Part shown: positions 21,634 to 32,829 of the stretch, in pieces | Layout: each line of letters opens with the position of its first letter | Numbering within the stretch: position 1 is the stretch's first letter | Origin: Hyphochytrium catenoides | Lineage: Eukaryota; Protista; Hyphochytriomycota | Assembly: GCA_900088475.1 (NCBI GenBank) | Contig: FLMG01002232.1 | Location: 1-64,000 of the forward strand | Length of the DNA stretch: 64,000 nucleotides | Direction of reading: 5' to 3' | Translations under genes and position numbers: made by a program | The notes under the pieces: generated by a model | The model's input: only the letters and a program-made list of their open reading frames with translations | Databases searched by the model: none | What the model was told of the DNA's origin: nothing

Positions 21634-23181
21634 ATGGTGCGGAGGGCACATCGTGACGTAGAAGTTAAGGTGCTTGACCATGTACCTTGGCCCATGACGA
21701 AGGAGATGTTAGTGGATGTCCTAGGACAAAGAGTATCGAACTTCAGCGATACCGTCATAGCAAGTCTGTGGGGAGGCGTAGGGACCGTGTCCCGCATTTT
21801 TATTGAGCTCAAGAACGAAAAGGACGAGTCAAATCGACGAGGAGAAAGGCGAGGAGTACGAGACTCTATTACGAAGAAGGAGGCCTGTCAAACATTGATA
21901 GTCAAGCATGTCGACGCACACTTTGGGAGCGACAAAAAGTCACGCACGAAAGTTCAAAGTTATAGGGTAGAAGGAACTTTCTATAGAGACTTTGCGCAAC
22001 AGCTCAACGCCAGGCATATCCGCGTCCCAGAGCCAGTTCTTGTCGCCGATGATGTGCTGGGCAACGAGTTCTTCTTTATTCTTGAGGATCTTCTAGTTAG
22101 CTATCCGGTTCAGAAAGAAGATTTGACGTTTTTAGAGGCACAAGCTGTCGTCCGCTGGATGGCAAAGTTCCATGCCTTCTTTTGGGAGAGTGCGCAGTCT
22201 TCCCTTTCAACAGCGTTAGGAAAAGTCGGGAGCTACTGGGAGCTGGAAAAGCGCCAGCCAGAGTACCGTGACCTAGAGTATGAGTATCTCCAAGTGTATA
22301 AAAGAATGAGAAGGCGATATGGAAGCTCCTTTGCAGAGGAAAAAGGTACAACTCTATTGCTGAAGCTGCGCACTTCTCCTCTGGGTGAAACTCCTGTTTT
22401 TATCCTAATTCGTCTGGCTCCTGAATCTCTCGTCCTCTCTTTCGCTATTCCATCTCTTCAATGTCATCTTGTCGCTATGCTTCGTACGCAGGCATGTTCT
22501 GTTCTGACACCAGGAACGTTGAGCGTTACCAAAAGATGGCCATCTGCTGAAGCGGTATGATGCTTACACCCTCAACCCACAGGTATGGAGCAACTAGGAA
22601 AGCGACTGAAAGCCATCGCCAAGCCTGTCGATGCTATCTTGCGTGGTCATACTACCAAAAATTCCGAGGACGGCGGGACAAGCCCACCCGACTCGGTGCG
22701 GTATATGACAGTGGTTCATGGGGACGTCAAAGGGGCAAATATTTTGCTTCGAAGGACAGAGCAGGGAGCTGGAGAGAAGTCTTCGAGCTCGAATCAGTGG
22801 GAAGCTGCACTTTATGACTTTCAATGGTGTGGACGAGGATATGGCGTCGTGGACTTTGCCTACTTCATGTGCTCGTCAGTCAAGAGTCCTGCAGCTTGTG
22901 AACAAGAGCTTCTCACCTTATACTACGATGAGCTAGTCGAAGGTCTGGGTGAGGATCGTGTTCCTTCGTTGGAGGTCATGACGCGGCTTTATGAAATTGC
23001 CCTTATTGACTTTGTCCGCTTCCTTGTCTCCTGGGGCATGTGGGGCGATGAGAAATGGATTCTCCGAAGGACCAATGCGATCATGTCTGTACTTGATGGA
23101 GGAAGATTACTGACAGCTGAAGAGTACGCAGAGGCATTACATGCCTATTTGGACTCTGTTGGCTTCACAACATTTAGATAA
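21634..23181 (+). CDS. Ecdysteroid-kinase-like / choline-kinase / APH-family phosphotransferase, 2 exons
   Basis: SLWGGVG, LIVKH, SYRVEGTFY, FILEDL, MAKFHA, GSYWELEKR, VHGDVKGANI (Brenner motif), YDFQWCGRG; GT-AG intron about 22346-22583. Confidence 0.85.
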
Positions 23182-24465
23182 CCAACTGGGAGGTAGCTTC
23201 AGTGTATAAAGTTATTTATTGCTATTAGTCCATGTGGCTTTGTCGCCCCGGTGGTGGTGGGGACTTACGGTGAGGTACCAAGAGTGTTCTTTGTGACAGA
23301 CAGACAGCAGATGAATATGGGGATTTATCTCCCTGTGACGGCCTAAGCTTGATGCCTGAAGCTTATGTAAGAGTTCTCATAAAAGAGGAGACTGAGCTCA
23401 TAGAAGAGGGACAGGGACGTCTACCGAGAATGTGATGCATAAGGTCCCGTCAGACCACGTTTGCCACTCAACTAAAGGCAACCACACTAAGAGATATTTT
23501 GAAGGAAGAGGAAGGAGGGTATGGAGTCCCTAAGGTGGCGGTGTAAGTGAGCCTGCTCAAAGGCCCAAACGCGCTTACAATCACTGACAGAAAGAACTCC
23601 ACAAAAAGTCCCTTCTCTGGGCGGCTACTTATCCACCAGTAGACCGTGATTCGGTGCAATCTCTGCGTTACGACACAACACTTCCACGTATCTAGCCTGT
23701 GCCAGCTTTTAGTTGATTATTCGGGACCTATCATGACTACCGCCCGCGACTACATGACTACCGTGCTCGTTAAGCTTCCAGACCTATTTTGCACCATGAA
23801 AATAAGGTGTAAATGGGAAGGGAGATAAGCCATTACCGTCCCGCATTCTTTTATGTAGTTGTCCCATCGAAGCGTCGTACCACGTCCAAGTGACAAAGTT
23901 GCTCCTGCTTGCTCTCGATTGCTTAAATGCTAAAGCTGCTTCCAACTACTTGGCGCCGCAGGACGGTCGTCTCTTGCTCTGTATTTGGTCTCCTCGTCCA
24001 GGAAATCTATTGTTGAAGACGCAGCTGTTGTTGACGATAAAAAGCTTCAGAAAGAACGGACTCTTCGGATGTCTGCATCAAGAAAAGCCTCTCAGATTGC
24101 TGTCGGTTAGCGGCTATGCGTGATCCAGCACGAAAGAGATCAGTAATACGTTATCAATTGATGATCTAGTGCCGTTAGCTCCTTCCAGAGGCTGTTATTT
24201 TGCTTGCCATCAGGATGAAGAGGCACAATAAAATCTCCGGATGAAGCAATAGAATGTCTCTGCTTATTACGGGCGGCTGGTTGAGAAGAGGCACAGAGAC
24301 GGAGAGACGAGAGAGTTACGCCGCGTCAGAAGAGAGCAGGTGTCAGGTAGAACACAGTACAGGTTTATTTCGAGACTGTCTTTGGCCGTTCCCTTGACGG
24401 GGCTGCACGAAGAGCGGTGACATAGGGTGCTCGGAGGACTTCTGGCAGAGGACTGTAAGTGACGG

Positions 24466-25773
24466 ATGGCATCTATTCTCCCTGAGGGCAGCTATACCAC
24501 TACCATTTATGGCCTGATTAAGGACCAGCAATATGCAGAGGCTGCACGGATTCTTCAATGGGAATTGCAGAACTTCCCGAGAAGTCGTGCTGCTCTGTCT
24601 CTCCTCGGCTATTGCTTCTTCCACATGCATGACTTCAATAATGCAGCTCTAATCTATGAACAGCTTGTGAAGATTCATCCTGAGGTTGAGGAGTACAAGA
24701 TCTATTATGCCCAAGCACTGTACAAGGCTGGCATGTTCCTTGAGGCTACAAAGGCATCACACAGGGTCGATACCCAGCAGTTTGGCCAGAGAGTCCTCGT
24801 CCTACAGGTTCCGCCTAATCTTTCCAGCCAGCCTGCCTTCCGTGCTACTCTGAGTTACAAGACTACCTTTCCTTCATGCTTAGTTTCTAGCGCTTGTTCT
24901 AAGTTTGTCTTTTTAGTCATTGTACTCATTCTCCTGCCTACGCCACAGTCTGCCATCAAGTACGAACAGGACGACTTGCCAGGAGCCAAAGCGTTGCTTG
25001 ATCAATGCCTTCCTGATGACCCTGATACTGTCATCAACTACGCATGCGTTGCGTTCAAAGAGGTAAGCCAGGGGATGATGGGTTACGGACACTGTGGGTG
25101 TGCACGAGCGAAAGAGCCAGAGGCACCGGAAAGTATATCCATTTACCAGGATCAACCAACAAGTAAAACGGACAGTGAGGATAGTCTCAGCCAGTCACGC
25201 ACAGAGAGAGAGAATGAGAGTATGTGTGCGAACGAGAGAGTCTTTGTGTTCATATTTGTGTGAGAGTGCAGGGATGAGAAAGCGAGAGAGGAGATAGAAT
25301 GCGCGCCTATGCGTGTCTCTTTGATTGAGGGAAAGAGAGAGCCTATTCTAAGACAAGGGAAGGAAGATTATGGAAGGAAGCAGCAGCAAGGGGAGAGGGA
25401 GGGAAGATGCGATAACGGATGTAGACTAAGAGAGCATAACACAGTAGGGCATAACCTTTACTGATGCTGTCCGCTTCGTACTATTCAGGGGAAGTTTGAT
25501 GACGCACGTCAGAAGTTTCAGGATGCAATGAACACGTTGGGACACAAAGCAGAGCTCTCTTACGCGATTGCCCTGTGCTACTATCAGCTGAAGCAGTATG
25601 GACCAGCGTTAAAGTGTATCGCTGAAATTATTGAGAGAGGGGTCAGAGAGCATCCAGAGCTGAGTGTGGGAAGCAACGCGGATGGCGTAGATGTAAGGAN
25701 NNNNNNNNNNNNNNNNNNNNNNNNNNNNNNNNNNNNNNNNNNNNNNNNNNNNNNNNNNNNNNNNNNNNNNNNN

Positions 25774-25825
<52 letters not shown>

Positions 25826-26464
25826 CCTATCTATCTATCTATCTACCTATCTATCTCTACCCTTCCTCGCATACACTCAGTCTTTCTCAATTTCTCTTAA
25901 TACCTATCTACCTATCTATCTATCTATCTATCTGTTTCTCTCTCTCTCTAGCTAGCTATCTATCTCTCGGTCAAAAGTACATGTACACAGCGAATCCATT
26001 GTCCCCTCTTTGTCGTCCTCGTCTCGCTCCTCCTCTGTCCCATTACTCGGTTCTTCTTCTGCACTATGCATAGTGCCCTCTCTCGCAGTCTTCGTACGCC
26101 TGACGGTTCTAACAATTACTCTCCCTCGTACACACATGTTCCTCACCTCTGACCTCGTTCCTACATCCATCACATTCAGCGTCGGCAACTCTACCGTTCT
26201 TCGGGACACCGCGCTCGTAGAAGCTTTCAACTTGAAAGCAGCAATCGAGTTCAACATGAAGAACATGGAGGCAGCCAAGGAAGCGTTGACTGACATGCCA
26301 CCAAGGAGAGAGGAAGAGTTGGACCCAGTTTCTTTGCACAATCAGGCTCTCATGAACATGGATGCAGGTAGGAGCTTCTATGGGCTTGTCCAATATGAGT
26401 AGATTGAGTAGTGACATATGAGACAAACTGAGTGATCTCCGTCGGCGTGCGTGAGTGTATGGGA

Positions 26465-26497
<33 letters not shown>

Positions 26498-28488
26498 GAG
26501 AGAGAAGAGAGAGAGATGAGGCCGCAGCCTTCATCGATGACCTGGGAAAGGAAAGATGGGGGAAGTAAGGCGTTTCTATTTACTTCGGTGGACCAGTGTA
26601 ACCTTTTTTATTGGATTGGTGGTATCTCACAGGTCCCTCCTTTGGGCACTGCCTGTCTCTTCTGTCTCTATCCTCTTTATTCCTCGTTTCTTCCCGTTCA
26701 AACTGGTCATCTGACTTTTCTTCTTGTAGACCCGTCCACTGGACTTAAGAAGCTGAACTATCTTCTCGCCAATCCGCCCTTCCCACCGACAACCTTTGGC
26801 AATCTCCTTCTTTTACACTGCAAGCACCAGTACTATGACTTGGCTGCGGACGTCCTTGCAGAGAATGCTCATCTCTCGTTCAAGCTTCTCTCTCAAGATC
26901 TTTATGAGTTCTTAGACACTACAATCATGGTGCAGACAAGCCCAGAGGAGGCCTACAGGAAGTTTGATGAGCTCACAAACAAGCATATTGATAACCTGCG
27001 AAAATTGACAAAGCAGATTCAAGATGCAAGAATAGCAAGAGATAATGAGAAGATCAAACAGAGTCTTAAAGACTATGACGAAGCTCTAGAGCGGTACGTG
27101 CACTAAAAGAAGAAGGTCGAGAGCTCACAGGGTTCAAGACTTCTGTTAGGCTGCTTCTGGCTAACCGCTATCTCAACCTGTAAGGTACATCCCAGTGCTC
27201 ATGGGTATGGCTCGAATCTATTGGGAGAGGGAGAACTATCCGATGGTGGAGAAGATCTTTAGACAGTCGGCAGAGTTCTGCTCTGAGCACGAGATCTGGA
27301 AGCTGAATGTGGCCCATACGTTCTTTATGCAGGAAACAAAGTTCAAGGAAGCTATCAGGTTCTCTATCCACCTCTTCTTCCTTTACCCATTATCATTTTC
27401 TTCATGAGTCCTTCCTCTGCCGTCCTGCTATCGTAAAGCCCTACCTTTCTCTCTCTCACTACCGAGCGCATCCGATGTGCAGGTACTATGAGCCCTTTGT
27501 GAAGAAGCATTACGATAGCATCTTGGATGTCCAGGCAATCGTCCTTGCCAATCTCTGCGTCAGCTATATCATGACGAGCCAGAACGAAGAGGCTGAAGAA
27601 CTGATGAGACTCATCGAGAAAGAGGCATGAATAGCCATTCTCTCTCGCCGTCTCTTTCTGTGTGTGTGTCTCTCTGTGTGTGTCGCGTCTTTTTTATCTC
27701 TCATCGGCCTACTCCTTAAACCTCTACTGATAGGCCACTACCTCGTTTATAGCTCAAACTCTCTAACCCTTTCAAATCGTGATGTTCCTTGACAGGAGGA
27801 GAAATTATCCTATAGTAACCCTGAGAAGCAAGTGTACCATCTCTGCATCGTCAACCTTGTCATCGGCACGCTTTACTGCGCTAAAGGGAACTTTGAGTTT
27901 GGCATCAGGTAAGGCCTGGCATCGCCTTTCCGTTAGCTGACCGTCTTCCTCTGGAGTTCACTGCTTCCTTGATTTTTAGATCTCATAGCCACCTCGAACC
28001 TTTTGTGGCCCTCCTTTAAGCTCACCTGTCGCTGGACAGCCATCAGTTGGTCTTTCTCTATCCTATAATAATGCTTCGAACCATTGTAGCTGAGGTGTTC
28101 ACTCGCAGCCAGTTGCTTTCTTACTTCTGTCACTGGCTTCCTTGATACTTCTATGTAACGAATTATCTCTTCGCCTTGTTCTCCTCTTCGCAGCCGTATA
28201 ATCAAGTCCTTGGAACCGTACGATAAGAAGATTTCCACCGACACGTGGTACTATGCAAAGCGCTGCTTCCTTGCTCTCGCTGAGCAGCTAGCAAAGCATA
28301 TGCTGATGCTGAAGGACAACACCCTCCAAGAGATCCTTTCTTTCCTTGACGAAGCAGACAAAAACGGCGGCAAGATATACACCTCCGTAGAGATGGGCAT
28401 AGATGGGGAAGACCCAGTGGAGCCACGGCACACGGTAAGTTATGACGCGCGGCAACTGAAGAGAATATTCATGAAGCTAAGGGATTAG
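24466..28488 (+). CDS. IFT70: Intraflagellar transport protein 70 (TTC30/DYF-1/fleer), multi-exon, spans an assembly gap
   Basis: PEGSYTTTIYGLIKD, SRAALSLLGYC, ERGVREHPELSVG, ALVEAFNLKAAIE, DMPPRREEELDPVSLHNQAL, PPFPPTTFGNLLLL, YHLCIVNLVIGTLYCAKGNFEFGIS, DTWYYAKRCFL. Confidence 0.97.
25700..25773. other. Assembly gap (74 N)
   Basis: Run of N at the end of an IFT70 exon, adjacent to a (TCTA)n array. Confidence 0.99.
25774..25860. repeat. (TCTA)n tetranucleotide microsatellite (intronic)
   Basis: Visible array abutting the gap, with further copies near 25905-25965. Confidence 0.95.
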
Positions 28489-28507
28489 GCGATGGTCCGC
28501 GCACAGC

Positions 28508-28573
28508 CGACTCCTATGTTATCAATCCATATAATGAAGTCGACTCCTATGTTATCAATCCATATAATGAAGT
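28508..28573. repeat. Perfect 33-bp tandem duplication just after the IFT70 stop
   Basis: cgactcctatgttatcaatccatataatgaagt occurs twice in tandem. Confidence 0.95.
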
Positions 28574-29386
28574 CCGTCTCATTAGCCATGTCATCAAAAG
28601 ACGACCGTCCTCTCTCTCTCTCTCTCTCTCTCGCTCTGTCCTCTTGCACAGTCACCGAGTCTTTGATTGCCCCTGCTTGTACGTCATCCTCTCCAGATTA
28701 TTTCGTTTGATTACTTAGACAAGTCTATAATGGGCTCAACCAAGTATAAAAACAGTTGCAGCTGGCCACTGTCCTCGAATCATGGACTTAAGATCCTAAC
28801 TGCGTAACCCGGACTCTAGTAAGAAGATGTCAAGCGGGAGATCTAAGGACCTTTGGACGTGGAGGTACTTGCCCGCCCAAATATGCGGTGCTATGACGAG
28901 CTAGCTTGAGGATTCAGCGGAAGATTGGTGTGGAGGCGCCGACAGAGCTTGCTTGGGGCAGAGCTTCCCGGTGTCACGACAGAGCCTATCTAGGGAGTTT
29001 GTGGTGTGGCGCCGGAGCCTACGGAGGCAGAGCTTCTGGATGAGTCGACGGAGCTTGCCTGAGGCAGGGGTTGTGTGTATCGACAGAGCTCGTTGGAGTG
29101 AGAGATTGCCGCTTCAACAGAGATTGTTATTTGCAAAAAGAAGAGAGAGTAGAGCCCGGCCAGGTCGAGCTGTCATAGACCCAAGCTGTTTGATGGCAAC
29201 TAGAGCCTGCCCCGACCAAACGCCAGTGTCTCTCATCTCAGTAGAACTGATGAGCTTGAAATAGCATCTCGCAAGGAAAGCAAGCGATAGACAGAGAGAT
29301 TGGGATCGCGCTCCTGGAGTAGATCTGACGGGCAAGGCAATCCTCACATCCTCTCCCTCTCCGCCATCATCACATCCCGTCTGATC

Positions 29387-29423
<37 letters not shown>

Positions 29424-29779
29424 CCTCCCCTCTCCCTCTCCTCTTTCGGCATCTCTCCTGTCATATCTGGCGCCCTTTCTCCCTCACCCTTCCCTCCTCA
29501 ACACGTTTGTTGAAGCTCGAGGTCTATTATTCTTCCCTCCTCCTGGTCTGCTCCTCAAACTTCAGAAGGCCAAAGCACCCACTTTCTTCACTCTACAGTC
29601 TCTTGTCTTCTTGAATCTTCCACGCCGCCAAGTGGAGCGCTCTTTGCTCATAGCGTTCCAATCATCTCGCTGCCTCGTTGCGGTAGAGTAAGCTGCACCG
29701 CCAGGCGTCCACCCTGCACCAACGAGAGGACACGCGGCTTGTAAGAGGTCAACAGGACTCAGCAGCTTTGGCCAGCAGA

Positions 29780-32703
29780 ATGGCTAGTGAAGACTCCAAG
29801 ATGCGCAGTGTGCAGTGGGACCAAAAGAAGTGCTGCCTCCAGATGATAGACCAGCGTGTCCTACCTTTGGAGTTCAAGGTAAGCTCAGGTCTGCTTTCCC
29901 CTGCGCTGTACTCTCGTTGTGTGTGCGAATGCGTGCCACATGTCTACGTCTCTATCTATTCTGACGTCTACCTTTCTGCTCTCTGCCTCATAGACGGTTG
30001 AGTGCAGCACGGTCGAAGATGTCGCGACGCACATCACGAAGATGACCGTCCGTAAGTGCATGAATTGAGAGTGGACCATAAGCTGTTCGTCATCCCTTTA
30101 GTCCCTACTGGGTCTCGCCGGACGTTATTTTACCTATTCTTCTCCATCTCATTGAAACATGTCATGTGGTAGGTGGTGCCCCAGCTATCGGGGCGGCAGG
30201 TGCTTATGGCATGGCTATTGCGGCCAGACGCTCAACAACCGGAGAAAGGTGCGGGCGAAACTTGCGACGTCCACATGCTCGTCTTGTTCTCGTTTGCTTC
30301 GCGCTAAGGCTTTTGAATCAATGAGCTACCGGCATTATCTGCTCTTTACCGTCCTCCTCTTAGGAGGTTTCTGACCCCACGCCTCCAAGCGGAACACAAG
30401 CGCTCCTAGTCGATGGTCTCGCTATCCCTTTGAACCCTCACTTATCTCTTACCTTGTCTCTTTGCTCAAAGCAGCCAGCAGTTGATTCATAGCTTAAGAG
30501 AAGCGAAAGAAGTCCTCGATGCCGCGCGGCCGACAGCTGTAAATCTTAGCTGGGTAAGAGCTAGAAGACGGAAACTCCTCCGCGGGACTTAGGCAGGGGA
30601 GCGAGAAGAAAAGAGAAAGGGAAAGACATAGAAGAGCGAGGACAGAAAACGTGCGAGAGAGAAGAGAGAAGAATTGCAAGACTAAAGAAATAGTTGACGA
30701 GAAGACAGGACTGAAGTCTATACACAATAGCATGCTATCAACCTTTCAGGTTTCTTCTGACCTCAGCCTCGTTGTCTCCTTTACTCTTCTACAAACTGCA
30801 GGCCACAAGCCGGCTCTTGGCCTGGGCAGAGAAGGCAGAGAAGAGGTATCTTGGTCTGCGTGGTAGTCAGCATACCAGGGTCATGAGCTAATAGGTCTCT
30901 CACTTCATTTTTCAAACGCTTGTCGTTACCGTTCGCAACTAACGTCGTAGTGGTTCGGATGTCCATGAGATTCGGTCCGGCGTCCTAGAGCAGGCCCACA
31001 ACCTTGCCGAGGAGGTAAGAGGAGGAATGGAAGAGCACGAACAGGACCAAGTTTTGGGCATCTCCATTCGTTGTACCGCTTGCGTTCCGCTGCTTGCTGG
31101 GCCTAATCATCTTCTACCTCTCCCTCATACATTGAAAGGATGTCGAAATCAACCGCCGGCTATCAAAGTTTGGCGCAGACCTTGTACGCAAAGGCGCCAA
31201 CGTTCTCCATCACTGCAACACTGGCGCTCTCGCTACCGTTGACATAGGAACAGCCCTGGGAGTAATCTATGGTAAGAGAGCCTCCGTCAAGGGAGAAGGG
31301 CGGAAGGGCACCCACGCTTGACAGGTGGAGGCTTGTGAGTGGCCCCTTTCTCTAGGCTTTCGGCCCCGTGTAGCCTTACTTCCGTGTGGTCTCCTCCTGC
31401 GCCTAGCAATTTTCTTCTTCCTTCTCCCAGCATGATCCTTAAGTGTCTCCGGTGGTGGAAGAAGGTCGTGATCATTAGCAACCTTGTTGGTCATTTTTGT
31501 AGGATAGTCTATTTTCTCCTACACGCCTCTCCCTAACTTATGGTCTTATAGAATCTCATGCGCAAAACAAGAACATTCATGTCTGGGTGGATGAGACCAG
31601 GCCCCGTCTGCAGGGCTCAACGTTAACAGCCTGGGAGTTAATGCGAGCTAAGGTTCCGATGCACTTGATTGTTGATAACGCAGCAGGGCACTTGATGAGG
31701 ACCGGGAAGGTATAGGGCTGGACTCTTATCCGTTCTCACTCTTGTCCTCGACCGAAGTCCCTTTCTGACAAACCTATCACCTCCCTGGGTGGCCCATGTG
31801 CTTTCGTTCATCCTCCGTGTGGCGGGCGCGAAAATCTCTAACATCATGCCCTCTGGCTAGGTCGACATTATTCTTTTTGGCGCCGATAGAGTTGCAGCGA
31901 ATGGGGACGTGGCAAACAAGATTGGAACATACAAGGTATAGATGCTTGAGAAGAGTTCGTGTGTCTTGTAACTTTTGGAGCGGCAGTATCCATTCAGCAG
32001 CACAATGCGTGTTCCTGACTGATAGCATAAACCTGCAGGTGGCGGTCTGTGGTAGAGAAAACGGGATTCCTGTGTATGCTTGCGTCCCTACAAGGTATGC
32101 AATACTTCTTTGCCTCCAACTATAGTCACCACGGTGATGGAGGGAAACGTGGTGCTTTTTGTGACTCACACCTTAACCCTTCCCTTCTGCAGCACTATCG
32201 ACCTCAACTGCGCCACTGGTGATGATATCCCTATTGAAGAAAGAAGCCCAGAAGAGGTAAGACGTTTTAGAATTCATTCAGAGACACAGAGACGGAGACT
32301 GGGCCACAGGAACAGTGAGATAACCATTGGCTGGTAGACTTGGAAGAGAGAGGGACGTCAAACGATCTAGGATAGAGTCCGAGGAGCGTTGACGGTTCTG
32401 CTGCCATCAGGTTACGTTCTTTGGAGCCAAGCGTACCGCACCTGAGGGCTGTCCTGTTTACAATCCGGGCTTCGATGTCACGCCCGCGAAGTATTTGACT
32501 GGGATCATTACAGATGAAGGTAAGCACATCACTTCCTTGCTAAGCTGCCTCTCGCCAACCTTGCCCATGACTACTACTTCTGTTGGCGAAGTCTTGTCTT
32601 GACCTTTATTTTTATAGGTGTCTGTTACCCTCCGTTTGAGCTCAGTTTGCGGAAAGCAGTTCAGGCAGCAAAGGACAGAGCAGCTAGGGAAGGGCGGCTC
32701 TGA
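29780..32703 (+). CDS. MRI1: Methylthioribose-1-phosphate isomerase (methionine salvage), many short exons
   Basis: Spliced motifs [12 protein letters not shown]|[71 protein letters not shown]. Confidence 0.93.
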
Positions 32704-32829
32704 TCTAACATGAGAGAACTCTCTTACGCAAAGAAGAGTCGCAATGGAGCCAGTAGCTTTAATCTTCTGTTAAACGCTTTCTCTTCTCTCTATGGCTACA
32801 AAGGTTTTCCCTTCCTTCTATTGCTACTC

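Noticed and set aside
23890-24125. Small gene (DDKKLQ resembles NAC-beta)
   Set aside because: The match is limited to six residues, with no start, splice support or further similarity.
25528-26180. IFT70 truncated or pseudogenised at the N run
   Set aside because: The gap removes only the exon end and donor; the conserved sequence resumes (GVDVR-SVGNSTVL) in the next exon.
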